64,000 nt of DNA, taken from positions 2,997,858 to 3,061,857 of the forward strand of contig NC_088312.1 of NCBI RefSeq assembly GCF_910592395.1, written 5' to 3'. The position numbers and the translations under genes are program-made. Source of the stretch: Lineus longissimus. Its lineage: Eukaryota. Under the pieces are notes generated by a model, which was not told the origin of the DNA, ran no database searches, and worked only from the letters and a program-made list of their open reading frames with translations. Positions 49,457-62,799 of the stretch are shown piece by piece; the first letter of the stretch is position 1, and each line of letters opens with the position of its first letter.

Positions 49457-51596
49457 CCAGCATGAGGCATATCTTCCTCATGCACGAGTTCCGCATCATG
49501 GTGTCCATCTTCAAATCAAAACACGACAGAACGTTGAATTGAACAGCGACAATTCTTCCCGTCTTCTTCTCCAGGACGACATGGGACAGCCGGCTTGCTA
49601 AACTCCCCTCCCACACCGCATCCGTAAAGAGCCGCATATCTTCATTGCGAATCCCGGCCGAGCCGCACAGGGGACACTTCCTCACCATCCCATGCTCGAC
49701 AATCGGGTCGATTTCCTTGCGGTCGGATGGTTGCAGGGGTCGGAGTTGATATCGGCTTGCCAGCACGGTCTTTGCTTCGGCGACTAACCCAGTTTTTATC
49801 GTCTCTACGATCTCACTGATTGTCCGAGCAGCAAAGAAAGCCCCTATTTCTATAGCGTATCCTAAATTTCTGAGACCTGCTACTGCATTCACTGCTTCGA
49901 CTGAGTTACCACCAATTTGAAAGAAATTGTCTGAAAGTTTCACGCGAGATGTTCTGACACCGGTAACGGATGCTATGACGTCGACAACATTTCTGTTCAC
50001 GTCGTCTGTTTCTGTGCATCCGCTATCAATCAGGGTTTCATCGTAGATATCTTTCAGGCGTTCTAAGTCTATTTTGCCCGTGTGGCTTTGCACGGGCATC
50101 TCCTTCAGAACAACGACTGTCGGCACCATGTAATCCGGCAGGGAGGAGCGACATGCCTCCACCAGACGGCTTGCTTCCAATGCCCGTTTAGCATTCTTCT
50201 CCGTGACCGTGAATGACACGATTGTGCCCGCTGAACCCCTTGGTCGGCAGACGATAGAAACAACATCCTTGACAGTCGACAGGGAAGAAATCAGACGATC
50301 GATTTCAGACAAATCGACTCGTTGTCCTCGGATTTTGACTTGAGTGTCTCTCCTGCCGTAGAAGTAAATCCTCCCTTGTGCAATCTTGCCGTAGTCACCG
50401 GAACGAAATAGGGGACTCGCACCTGATTTCTCAATCGTGTTCTCCATGAAATCATCTGCTTGCTCCATTTTCATGTAACCATCCGCGACATTTTTGCCCG
50501 ACATCAAAATCTCGCCGATCTCCCCCTCAGCTACTGGTCGCATTTCATTGTCTACAACGTAGACAGTACAGTTGTCGATAGGCCCGCCTATGGACATTCT
50601 ATCATCGAGGCATTTCTCCTCAACATCTCTGACGTCTTGGAACACATCATAAGTGACATCACCCGTTACCTCGGTCGACCCATAGTAGTTAGCAAGGACA
50701 GTCCCACTGAAGAAGGAGAAGAACTGCTTGGCTAGAGACGGCGGGAGCGTCTCTCCGCTACAGACGATTAATTTCAATTTTGACAACATATTAAAACGGT
50801 CACTCATCTTCAAGTACAACAGCAACGTCTTTAGCAACGTAGGCACGACAACCAGTCTCGTTACTCCATGGTCAGTGACAGTTTTTACGAAAGACTCGGG
50901 GTTCTGCACGATGTTTCTTGGAATGATTACAACGGGAATCTTACGAAGTAAGCAGCCCCAAGTCTCCGTGATGCTGTCTACGAACAGTAGTGACGTTTTT
51001 GCCGCCCCCACCTCACTCTCCGTGAAGGGGAACTGTCGCCATTGCCAGCGAAGGCGATTCAGGACGCTACTGTGCCGCAAGCGGACCCCCTTGGGTTCGC
51101 CAGTACTACCAGACGTATAAAGGACGCACGCTAAGGGATCCTGATCATTTCCTTTCTGGTACGTTGTAAGCATTTTGAGCTTGTCGCCCAACAAATCGTA
51201 ATCAAGGAGTCGGGTACTTTCGCTGAAGATACTTGTCTTGTTCACAACTCCCGCATACTCCGCAGCGTAAATGATGATCTCTGGCTTGGCTTCACGGACA
51301 ATTTGCAACACCCTTTGTGGTGGGATCGTCGGCTCCACAGGAAGGTACCCCATGTGCAGTTTGAACGCTGCAAGGATGGTGATAATGCGTTTCTCACTCG
51401 GCGGCATCGCAATGCAAATCAGAGGGTTCCTATTGGTCTTCAACGGTGACACCATTCCCATGATTTCATGCTGTAACCGGCAGGCGACCAGGTCGGCCCG
51501 CTTGTTCACCTCCCCGTACGACATGGTCTTGCCCCCGTAGAAGATGGCTGGGGCGTCCGGGGATGCGCTGGCAATGTCCTCGAAGATATGGTGCAT
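49457..51596 (-). CDS. ebony: Ebony-like NRPS-like enzyme (beta-alanyl-amine synthase family), exon 1: complete adenylation domain, PCP/thiolation domain and start of the C-terminal domain (713 codons)
   Basis: A-domain core motifs LYTSGSTGEPKGV (A3), NYYGSTE (A5), YRSGDYGK (A7), GRRDTQVKIRGQRVDLSEID (A8) and PVQSHTGKIDLERL (A10). PCP motif FFQIGGNSVEAV with the Ser for phosphopantetheine. The stretch VLYTSGSTGEPKGVRLRHSSVLNRLRWQWRQFPFTE..FVDSI.E.WG..VVVPTLLK.LL.YLKM is near-identical to Drosophila Ebony. The exon ends at donor CTGG|gtaagt, 28 nt before the in-frame stop. Confidence 0.9.
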
Positions 51597-53339
51597 CAGC
51601 TTCCCATCTTCGCCTGGGGTCTTTTCGCCTCGGAGGATGCATAACGAAGACTAGAACGAGAAAGAGATTAACAAGAGTTAAAATTGGAAGACGTTTCGAA
51701 GAGAATGGTACATGTACGTGTATATGCACCTGTATCCTCCTCGTTGAACTACTAAAGGGCAACTACAGGCTTATAGCATGAGCCAGGAAGTCAGTGTAGG
51801 TTAGGCAGTGTTGTATTAACAATGACGGGCATACACATGATGTCGAGAGAAATAGCAACCTCATTTTCTATAGCAGCGACTTGCCCACTGATTCATCGAG
51901 GATCAGTAATCCCAACATCACCTTCACACAATCTAGTCGAAATTGCGCCCATTGTTTCCCAGTAGTATCGATTTTGGCACTGCAGGGAGATGTCCGAGTT
52001 GTAGCTACACTGTCATGCTAACATATAATGGGAAATATCAAAGGGGCAATTGTATGAGATTGCCTAATGAGGCAGAATGTAATGTATACGTAGAGCAACA
52101 TTCGGTCGTAGCCTCGAGGTATGGTTCACCTTTTACAATGATAGACACTATGGCTTTCATTACACTGAGGTATGGATCGACAGTCTCTTGAATACAATCT
52201 TCGACAAGAAAAGAGTATGAGTTGAGAGCTGAGCCCCAGCTGGGATATTATTAAACTAATATACTGGAGTTTTGTATGTGATGAAAAATGAAACTGAGTC
52301 GCCGAAAGAAGCATACGTTGTCAAAGTTCGTCCTCTCTATCACAGAAGGAAGTGGACCGACTGGGGACTGAACCACCTACAGATCAAGGTGACAAGCGCT
52401 CTACGACAATTTCAAACCCTAAAGTCTCAATGACATCTGGGTGTTCGTAATTTTTCTCTGTCTACAGGTAGAAACCATCAGTCAGATGGAGATGTCACAA
52501 GCTAATCCTCCGGAAAATGGCAATTTCACGCAAGCCAAAAGGAGAGCCCCCAACGCCAGGATGTTTAAAGGCAATTCACTAGTCCAATGATATGTCGTAA
52601 TAATCTTCTACAAAAGTACAAACACTGATAAGGTACTCTGCAGTGTTTGTTGTGCTTGTCAGTGTGTGAAACATGTCCATAACCGTCATGGCCTGATGAT
52701 ACAACCTGGCGGTGCTGTACTACGCTGTCATCCTCCCTGGTTTGGTGTTGCCAGTCTGAGTGCCTTTAAAAGCCTGTGGCATGTTTTACCCCCCAATCAC
52801 CCCTAATCGCCCGCCATAGCCAATCTCTGCCACGATATTGCGGATTCATTGCAAATGGATCAATACTCGGAGAATGAATTACTATCACCATTTTCTATTC
52901 AAAAGACCCGAATTACTTTGTTGACCGAGAAAGTATGATTTATTGGCGAATGTAGTTCCCGTACGTACACTTCCTGTCTGCAGGGGGGAATTTGCATTCG
53001 TCTGCTGGTTGGTGGTTGGTACGACGCGGTTTTAAAGTAATGGAGACAAAAAGTACACTGTTGAAACGAAGGCAATTTCCGCCGGCAACGTTATTAGTGC
53101 AGGGAAGTAGAACCGACGCAATCGCTGAAGGAATCTGGCTCTCTTCTACAGTGAAAATCGGCCTTTTTCAGTTTAGATTTTAGTTACCACGGTACGGCCT
53201 CTCTTACTGGAGATCCTCAGTTTTTGCTATAAGCGCATCACTTCATTGGGGTTTCTCCGCTGGTTCTGAAGAACTCCTGTGTAGGCTTGTTGAAGCTTGC
53301 ATTGGTAACGCCATCTTGTACCGTATAGACACCAGCGTG

Positions 53340-53445
53340 TTCCACCAGCCGACTGACCCAACAATGTATCACATGGGTAGTTGTAAAACAAGAAACACAG
53401 AAACGAAACAGAAACACAGAAACACAGAAACGAAACGCAGAAACC
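53340..53445. repeat. Left arm of large inverted repeat (gtatcacatgggtagttgtaaaacaagaaacacagaaacgaaacagaaacacagaaac...)
   Basis: Its reverse complement is found at 54296-54400; the arms include a short (aaacacag/aaacgaa)n microsatellite. Confidence 0.8.
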
Positions 53446-53840
53446 AGTCTTGTGGCGAATTCTGGTCTGCAAACTCCATCTTGTTGCCATGGTTGTGGCC
53501 GCGAACGCGGGTGTAACTAAAACCGGTATTCAGTCGGAATGGAAGGAGGAATGCTCATTTCCCAATACCCCTTTTAGCCTCATCAACGTGTGCGCAGATT
53601 GGCAGCATCCGGCCTTGATCGTGCCAATACACTACATGTATGTACTACACGGCGTAAATAGAAAATAGTCCTTCGAATAGCGAGTCCTGTTCTTTTGTAC
53701 ATTCCATGGCCTGTGCACGACACTAGGCTGAACTTCCCTACTGCAACCTCATTAACATAAACATATATTTAAAGGGACTATTTAAAGGCAGCAGCTGGGC
53801 AGGCAAGATTGAGTTACTCCAAGTCCAAGTCTAGTGCCCG

Positions 53841-53857
53841 CCCCCCCCCCCCCCCCC
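53841..53857. repeat. C17 homopolymer inside the IR-bounded segment
   Basis: Read directly from the sequence. Confidence 0.9.
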
Positions 53858-54121
53858 ACTTTACTCTATTCTAGTCGCCAAAATTGGTCTCTCACGTCTC
53901 ACATAACGTCGAAATGATTCACCCATGTACTGGTACCGTACCTTGCATTTAGTGCTGCATCAGACGGGATTTGTAGGATGATCCTGGTACTTCATGTAAA
54001 TTGAACACTACAAGGCAAGATGTTGCACTGCACCTTCATTTAAAATAACATGCTGTAGGAATCGAATCGAACCTACCAAAGTACTACACCACCACCTCAA
54101 AAGACTTCACATATCGTGCCG

Positions 54122-54149
54122 CCCCCTCCCCCCCCCCCCCCCCCCCCCC
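54122..54149. repeat. Poly-C tract (C5 T C22) inside the IR-bounded segment
   Basis: Read directly; it creates the artefactual poly-Pro ORF at 54116. Confidence 0.9.
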
Positions 54150-54295
54150 AAAGTTGCTCCATGTATCCCCTCAACAACTCTATTGCATTCCGGCTGGCCG
54201 CAACCCACCAACCTCAGATTTTACTTTTAAACGACAATAACAACGGATTGGGCAAGGAAAGTATCGGCGTGCCGCTTGATTCCAACCTTTTTGAA

Positions 54296-54400
54296 AACCC
54301 GTTTGATTTTCGTTTCTGCGTTTCGTTTCTGCGTTTCTGTGTTTCTGTTTCGTTTCTGTGTTTCTTGTTTTACAACTACCCGTATCACATAGTTTGTTAC
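54296..54400. repeat. Right arm of large inverted repeat
   Basis: Reverse complement of 53340-53445 (cgtttctg...gtttcttgttttacaactacccgtatcacatag). Confidence 0.8.
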
Positions 54401-57400
54401 GGATTGTACAGGATGCTTCCTCATACCCACCTGCCAAAACCAACCTTGATTTCTGCCTGCCACAACTGCTCCAGGATAATATCCTGCCTGGCGCCTCGCC
54501 TAATTGTGATAGACATTAGGCAGTGCCATCCCATTCCATTAGGACACAGGATGATCAAATTACCCTAATCAGTCATAAAGGGGGTGGGGGCTTCATATTC
54601 TACCAGTATCATCCTACGTTACGCCTACATGTGCTCTCAAAGATATCCTTTTGAGAACCCCGCTAAATTTCTGTGGTGAAGATCATTTTCCATCTTGTTT
54701 TAGGCCTGAGGGATATAGTCAGCAAAACTGTGCTGTTTGGTTTGCCACTTTTCAACGCCTACTCTTCTGTGTTCTAGAGGCTTTGGCAAAAAAATTTGGT
54801 AAAAAGTATTGGCTTATGCCAAATTTTATTCAAGCAACGAAGACGTTCTCTTGCCTTGTCAACAACGCCCACTTCGACCAATTGGCATTAAATGCACCAT
54901 TGTATTCTGAGGGAAGAGGCTGGTGTGCATATCTATTGCATCCGGAAGCTTCTTTACAGGCTTTGTATTCCACGGCTGATGAAAGGACGAACGACTGAGC
55001 CGTGCCGTTGATCGCTGCAGGAAAGACGAAGCAGATCGCAATGATGTCATAACGAAACTGCACGTAATACGGGATGTTTATGCTATATACCTCACTGACC
55101 TAATAGACCCAACGCGATGCATGCTTGCATTCTTCGCCTGTCCTTACCGATGAAATAATTGTTTGAATCAGCAACACCATTTCGGTATACGGCAACAAGA
55201 GGTCGGCTGTCACTTTTCCTTAACTGAAAGGCAATCCTATACATCATCGAAAACTTTATCCTTAGAGGAAGAAGGGTATCACTTCTTAGAGTTATTCACC
55301 GATGCAACTATTGGTAATTTCCTCAAGGAATGTAACTAGAACACTGCTTGTGATATATATATATCATATACACCATCCTCCATACCTTTATCCGTAAAGG
55401 AAACTGGGTATCATTGTGGCCGTATGGTATTCTCTTGCAAAGGCGGCAAGTAGCGCATCGAAAATCGATAACACCTTGTTGTACATTGCCTGAGCGCAAC
55501 CCTTCGTTTTAGCAGGCAGATTTAACATGATTTTTCATTAATCTCCCTGGTTTGACCAATGATATTTTATTTATTTACGTCTTTTACATAATTCAGATCT
55601 GACGAAACAGAAATATTGCCATACGTTTTTGATAATAGTATCCGTGTATGAGTTCAAAGCATGCCGGCAGTGATCGAAAGGTGACGATTTTCTTTGAATC
55701 TTGAATAGATCAATCAGCACACTGTTGTCATTGAAGATGCCCTAATTATATACCGGCTCGAAGGTAGATTTTTAAAGAAGTTTCATCCGTGTACAGTATG
55801 ATCACGAATGTGAAGTAAATGTTCATTTTTATATAATGTCCTTTCGAATCAACTATTTGTCGGAAATATTCATGAGATAAATGAAAAATCACAACGTCCA
55901 TGATGGGTACGATCCATATGGGAGACATTCGATCCGTATCCGGATAGACGCAATACCAGCGCACATCCCTAAAAACCATATAGAAAAAGTTCGTCAACAG
56001 TCATGACTTGTGTAAAGAGAATTACGTTGATTGACTGTCCATAAACATTTTATGTGGATGCAATATTGACTTGACATTTCGCCATGCTCGCCGTCATTTT
56101 GTAAAGCACGGCAAAGACGGCAATGTCCTTTTAAGCTTCCGGCTGGAGCGTAAGGATCGATGATGTCATTACAGGCCACGTCGAAACAGAGAAATCAGAG
56201 GAAACCGTAGATTCAGACGACTGGGGATCGGTCTGTATTCCCTGTTGGCTTACTGGACTTTGCGCAAAGAAAGCAACGCACATCAGGAAATGACATGGGT
56301 TAAGTGCGGTCAGTATCCCAGACAAGACGGTTATAGTCGAATTGGCGAGTGTGTATTTTGGCGACAGCAAGCCGTTCTGGGATCCTTGCCTGACTGCTAA
56401 CTGCATGTCCATTGGGCATGTGGACAATTGGATAAAAAAATGTACATGTGACACGCAAGTACTGGGCCAACTCAAAATATCTAGAGGCTGTGACTGGGGA
56501 TGATGAACCTAATCTATTCCATTCTATTTCCATGGATACTGAACAAGCCATCGGATGCCTGAGGAAAGACACGGATTTGGTTGCAATGCTGCTAGTGTTT
56601 GCCAATTCGCCTGCAAGCGAAAAAATCCGTTAGAGCAGAGTATAAAGTGGCTCTTCTATATTTGCTGGTAATAAAGCAATTTCAGTCACGTAATGAAAAG
56701 AGCTTCAGCAACCCACCATGCTTGTTCTTGGTCTGTTTGGACTGATCATTCATGTAACTTGGTGACCTCACCACACGTATAAGAGATGCCATCAGGTTCC
56801 CAAATTAACAACACTATTGTAAAAAAGGAAACAGAAGATATCCGAGTAATCTAACGAGAGAGGAATGGCCATGCGTGGATGCCGGCGGCGCCAATATATC
56901 TCCACCCTCGCATTATATTGATTGGACTACTGCTATAATGCATTGATTTATTTTTATGTTGGTATCCGAGAAGATCTTGAATCTTGAAATTCGCAGATGA
57001 GTCTATGTGACCTTTTGTATATTTTCTAGCCATCTGCCTCTTGATAGATTTATAAGACATGAGATTTGTATCTACAACATAAACCAATAAAGTACCTGAA
57101 TTTAAAACACTGCATTTTCTATTCTTTTTGCCACGTCTTCCATGCCAATTTACAAAATGTATCAGCGTTGTGCGTCAGTAATCTTCTTCAAGATTCATTC
57201 AGGCCTGACCTTTAAGACTGACGCATAACTTCAACCAGTTTACTCCATGAATCGATCAATCAATACTAAATTCAACCAGCTAGATGTTGATAAAAGTCAG
57301 TACTAGATAAGTCAACAATGCCCGGGGGCATGATAATCAAATAAATATATTCTGGTCCTGAAACATTCGATTTGAGGTTGGATGACTTTTGATGAATTTT

Positions 57401-60400
57401 CTATTATCTCAAGGTCGTCAGGCAATATCTTTCATTAGCATCGATATTCCGTTATTTTCTATGCTGATAAAAGCGCTTGCGCTGGCTATAACTTGGGGCC
57501 TTACATTTCAATTCGCTAGCTTTGTCTTTGAAATTAGCTGATATAACTAGCTACACGCTAAAGTGATGGATGATCAATGAATGTCACAACAGCAATCCCC
57601 TCAAATCAAATGAACGTCAAGAAGGAAAATCGATTCTGGATGGTTTTGCTGGTGATATGCCACTGGGGGTTTTCCATCAGAGATGAGATTAGCTACGAAT
57701 CACGATGGAAGGAAGATATTCTTAGAAACCTACTGGGCCAAGACTTGCGGCAAATATGAGAATATGTCTGAATCATGTGTTCATGACTGGTAGTCTCACT
57801 GTCCTAAATATTTATGTGGGCCACAACACTGTCATGAGCATCTAACATTCGGATTCTTAACACTCTACAAATCGCCCAATGTAGGTGACGTGTTCTTTTA
57901 AATCTTTAAAATCGCAGATGGGACAAAATAATAGTAGTGGATAAGCTGCTTGATAGTAGCAATGAAATTGTCTCAACTGCCGTGAGTCTATCAGGAATCA
58001 GCCATTGATCGCCAACTCATGGTACTTTGTAATGTTTGTGAACAAGTTGCTCTCCTAATTTCCTCGCACGCCATGCCATAAGTGAGGGAACATTGGGGCG
58101 GAAATTAGGAGCCTGATGGGCTTTTTATTTGTCATCCTGTCGCTCTGCTTCCGGCCAGACTTCAGCCTCCAGACTCCATTAGTACATGAAAAAAATATAA
58201 TCAAAGAAATGAATTCGCCCTCTATACCGTTGCTTTCAATCTTGTAACAGAATTACCCCCACCAGCCACCCCCATACATCTATAATGACCATGTTCACCC
58301 TTAAACCCCACACAACCTCAAAATGAAACCGATGTCTTCATCTAGCGTTTGTGAGCGGTTCATGTCTGCGTTATTGAATGCTTGGTGAAGGCATCACTTG
58401 CTTGTTAGCTTGTCAGTATTCCGAAACTCCGCCAGTAGAATGCGTATCACTATGTACAGTAACAACACATATACATCATTTTACTCACCACTCTATGAGG
58501 TGCCTCGTGATAGCGAGTCCTCTTCGTTAACAAGCCGATCCAACCAGTGCAGATACTGGACACGAACTGAGACCAGCTTTCAACGACTCCAAAACACTGA
58601 CCCATGTTTGTTACCTTTCGGTTCCTTCCACAAATAGGACTCAAAGCTGATAATGAAATCAGTAATAACCGGTATCCTTATCGCGTCATGAGAGCGGCGT
58701 AGTCGCGAGGCTAGCCGCCCAGTTCTTCCTAGCCTTCTTCTCCACCAGCTCCCTGCCTGACTCGCCCACAGCCTCACCACAGCAACCTACTCCAAGAATC
58801 TCTCTCGAACATGAACAGTTTCTCCTTGATCAATGACATTCGTTGGTGTAGGCGTGCCTGAATACGGTGTGCAGACTTCAAACCAAAGAGAATAATCAAC
58901 AGGTTATTACAATTGCAATGTCTCCAATATCTGAGGTAGGTTTATCATAGTAAGGTCTTCAATTTCACAAATCGAAATCACTATTCCTGGTGCAAAATCG
59001 GAAAACCTGCCATACCGAACCAATATTTCGAGATGATCGAATAGCTCAATATAAAGAAGAGAATGTTGAGATCTACAGACGGTATGAAAGTTCAGCTACA
59101 CCGGCACTTCTGCTTGTCATCACAGGGGAAATCAAACCAACTGTTTCTATCACGCCTATAGCCCTAGCTAACATCAAGGGGCTAATATTTCCCGATAAAA
59201 GGACATGTATATTCGATATCGTCCAGGATGGCGGCCAATTGGCTATGATGTAAAAACGATCGGCAGAAGCTTCAGTTGGCTTGTTTCTTTTTTATGCCGA
59301 AGGTGCAGGCGTTAACAATGCTTCAGCGATTTTTCCTTTAGTATTACATATCGAAATGTATCTGGGAACATGCTCCAATAGATGACACTGGTAATATCCC
59401 AGTCCAATCGATGATGCTTGGCAAAGGAATGTCTCGCTCCCACCAATCACCAGGTCACTATGTTATTGTCCAACAAACCATGAAATGAAGCTGTTAACCC
59501 TGTTCGACGTTCACTACCTTCAGCCACAATCCCAGTGCTCCGACGACCTCTGGAGTTGCTTCTGCCTTCAGAAGTACAATCAATCCTGTATCTTAATGAC
59601 CTTTATTTTGTCGGTTCACTTTGACTCTCTACATCGAATGCTACCAATGTCTCGGAGGTCCTCACCTACTTCGCTTCTCCAATCCATACCTCCTTTACTT
59701 TGGAATCGCCCCTGAGCACCCACTAGCAATCATTAGCAAAAGTCATCATATCCAAACCCCTGTAGAGCTTCACTTCAAATGTCACTCCCTTCCTTGTCGT
59801 TGTATTAAGTTCTGAGGTCACAACCAGCTAATATTATTTGCTTCCCCTGTCAACAGACCGTTTGTATCATGCAGTTCATGTATCCCCAGCAAATGTATCC
59901 CTATAGCAAAGTTCTGCCAGCCAGCCAGCCCCTGATAACTAAAGGACCTCTAAATCTACACCCGACATGACTTCCTTCATACACCGAGTGGCTGTAACAC
60001 ATGATATAGTCGTCTTCCTTCGTGGCTTCTTCAGTTGGCTCACAATAGTGTGGGCGACAACTGCTGACAGTATTGCCAATTTCCATTAATGAGGAAGGGT
60101 GATGCTCGCATTGCCTTTGACTTTTGCAAGATTACTTATGCTAATAGGTCGTGATTAATTATATCACGCAATTTAGCATTAAATGAGGGTTCTCTGTAAT
60201 TTTTGTTTATACCAAAATATCTGACTGAGCGTATTAGCGTTCTCGGAATAAGCAAAGCGGAGTTGTGAGAGTGTTGTCTCTCTGAATTTGTTTAACTGCG
60301 AGGTATAAACTAAGGGGCATGAAAACGTAGTGCATATCTTTATCGCTGGTTACTCTTCTTAGCCCCCGCAAGAACACCATGAAAACCGTTCAAGGAGCTA

Positions 60401-61635
60401 CATGTCTGAATATGCGGGATGGTGAAAGATTTGCATAGAAGCAAGGAACAGGAAATTAAAATACATGCTCCATTCTTGTCGTTCTAGCCTGTATTTTTAT
60501 AGACCATAAGAGAGTAGTTTAGAAAATCTCGGTTGGGGTTATTTAAATGTCGTATTGATTTCTCGTCTCGATGGTAACATGTCATATCGTGACAGTAATA
60601 GAGTGGACTGAAAGGAAGGTGGAGCTGCGATATGGCTATTTAATGGACCGTGTACATGTACATACAATGCCGGATTGTGTTCCCGGTAAGCGTCATTATC
60701 ATGGACAGGGCGAGCCTTCCAGCTGTCCCTCCACACGCAGGAAGACTTTCCCTGCTCCAAGTGCATTTCGTAGAGATCATGAGATCAATAATTGTTCCGT
60801 TGACCGATTTTCTATCATGATCATCTTGCGGGATACACACCTCCATCTAGTGTCGAGTTAAAGACTTCCCTCAACATACATGATGGTTTTGATATCGGAG
60901 TGAATATGACAGTATACATGTACCGAATAAAACTCCAACATGCCGAATGTATCACAAATACTCACCGAAACAATCTACTCTGTTCACTATATCATTAAGA
61001 TTCTACCACATATCATGTATATGGTCCACGCAAGAGAATACATGCACACCACAACTTATACGTAGGAGCGACCACACAAAATGTGTTCACCAACGGCACT
61101 GCGCGCTATCCGTGCACTGGTTTGAGGTGATGTAATATGTGTGAATGGGTCGTTTTCTATTGTGAGGTAAATCGAGCTGAATGGCGCATTTAGGATTATA
61201 CAGGGACGAGAATGACAAAGGGCCATGGCTTGCACGCCTTGGTGGGCAGGGGCATTGTGCGCTGGCTTGAGGTGCTGTTATATAATGTAGACCATAAAGA
61301 TAATCTAGTGTTGTGAAACACCACTATCTCTTAGCATTCCTGAGTACTACTTGGTACCTTTGGCCAGAACGATATATCAAAAACACTATACCTGGCCGAT
61401 AGGACCCCCTTTTAAATGTAATAAGATATCATATAATCTAAGGTTACATATATTTGTGGTTCACTAACGTTTATAATATCAGCCAATTAGACCGTGCACG
61501 CAGTTTATCATTAATGGTTATATCAACAAAACCTTAGGACTACATATAGGACAGGCATTGACAGGGGACATTTTCGACTATTTTTGGAATTCAAAACAAC
61601 TTGTACAATAGGGCAGGACATCCTTCTACAACTGT

Positions 61636-62229
61636 TTGCATGCTGTATACAGAAATATGCGAATGCAGCGGAATGTGTTCGTGTCCCCTCGCAGGATTTT
61701 CAACGTTTTCCTGCCGTTACTTTTCGGAGCTGTCTTGACACATGTCTTTTACGTCTATCGAGAAAGTTCGAACCCAACTTTCCTGCAAGAACATCTCGGA
61801 TTACGGAGGTTCCAGTCAGCCTATGAGGACCAGGATGTTCTCGACCCGTCAGTCAAGTTGGCATCAACGAAAATGCCAAACAATCGAATACTTGGGGATA
61901 TAAACCAGCTCTTCCCCACGTATAGCCACAGTCCGGTGCGACAAAAGGTGAAATATCATAAGGTGCGACCAAAATTAAGTGTTCAAAAGTTTAACGCTCC
62001 GGTAAAATTCAGTGAGATACGCAACGTGCAGTCTGCTTCAACTGCTCCGGAACATCTAGGAAAAGCGAGCTCTGTGCAACAAAAGTTGACATTCAAGCTC
62101 AATCCGATTGGTCTTCCCTTTGTCGAATGGACATCTGGAGAGGTCTTGCAACATATCGCAGCCTACAGTCCGCCATCGGAATCAGAGTTGGCGAGAGAAC
62201 TGAGGGAATTGAACGGATTTGATGAAAAG
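61636..62229 (+). CDS. Carbohydrate-sulfotransferase-like type II membrane protein, exon 1 (cytoplasmic tail, TM IFNVFLPLLFGAVLTHVFYVY, stem)
   Basis: 198 codons, donor AAG|gtatgc. An N-terminal single-pass hydrophobic segment is typical of Golgi sulfotransferases. The start may instead be M at 61657. Confidence 0.5.
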
Positions 62230-62799
62230 GTATGCAGTTATTTTTATTAGCACCCAACAGGGCATCCAAGGTGTCCAGGACATTTTTCCATTATAGCAAA
62301 CCCATGACCGATGAGACATTCATGGCCAATACAGAGGACATGTATCCAATACAAAGAAATGTGTCGATACACATGTGCTTGGGGGGCCTGAATATTCACT
62401 CAGGTGGTACACCAATGTAGGCCTATTAGTTCAACGTGTGCGCACCGATTATTCTACAAGTCGTTGCACAATTCTAGTACTTGATCTGTCAGTATATCTA
62501 TGGATAATCGTTGAAAAGAGTTTAATGGTTCAGAACAATTTTACAATTAATATTACATAATGGGGAGAGGTTTTTTTAAATCTCTTTTCAATGATAAACC
62601 ATCTTACAAAGCTGCACATATGGCATTCTGCCCATAGAGTTGTTCTAACAGCAAATGCAAAAGTTAACGATATGCCCAGTCAAGCAAGGATCCGGGCCCG
62701 AACGGCTATGACATTTAATGAGGACGTTTTTACATTTTCAATTATCGAATAATGAACACTATATGTCGTACTTTTAAACATCAAGTTCTCAAATTGCAG

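Noticed and set aside
48533-51596. Interpretation as a bacterial NRPS cluster or contamination
   Set aside because: Host-like composition, two spliceosomal introns, flanking spliced metazoan genes and a top match to animal Ebony argue against it. No condensation or thioesterase domains or neighbouring biosynthetic ORFs are present.
54116-54568. 150-aa ORF beginning MPPPPPPPPPPP
   Set aside because: The poly-Pro comes from translation of the C22 homopolymer; the remainder overlaps the inverted-repeat arm microsatellite.
54651-54998. 115-aa plus ORF (..NCAVWFATFQRLLFCVLEALAKKFGKKYWLMPNFIQATK..), possible transposase remnant
   Set aside because: No recognisable catalytic motifs, and no flanking TIRs could be matched to it; the evidence is insufficient to call it.
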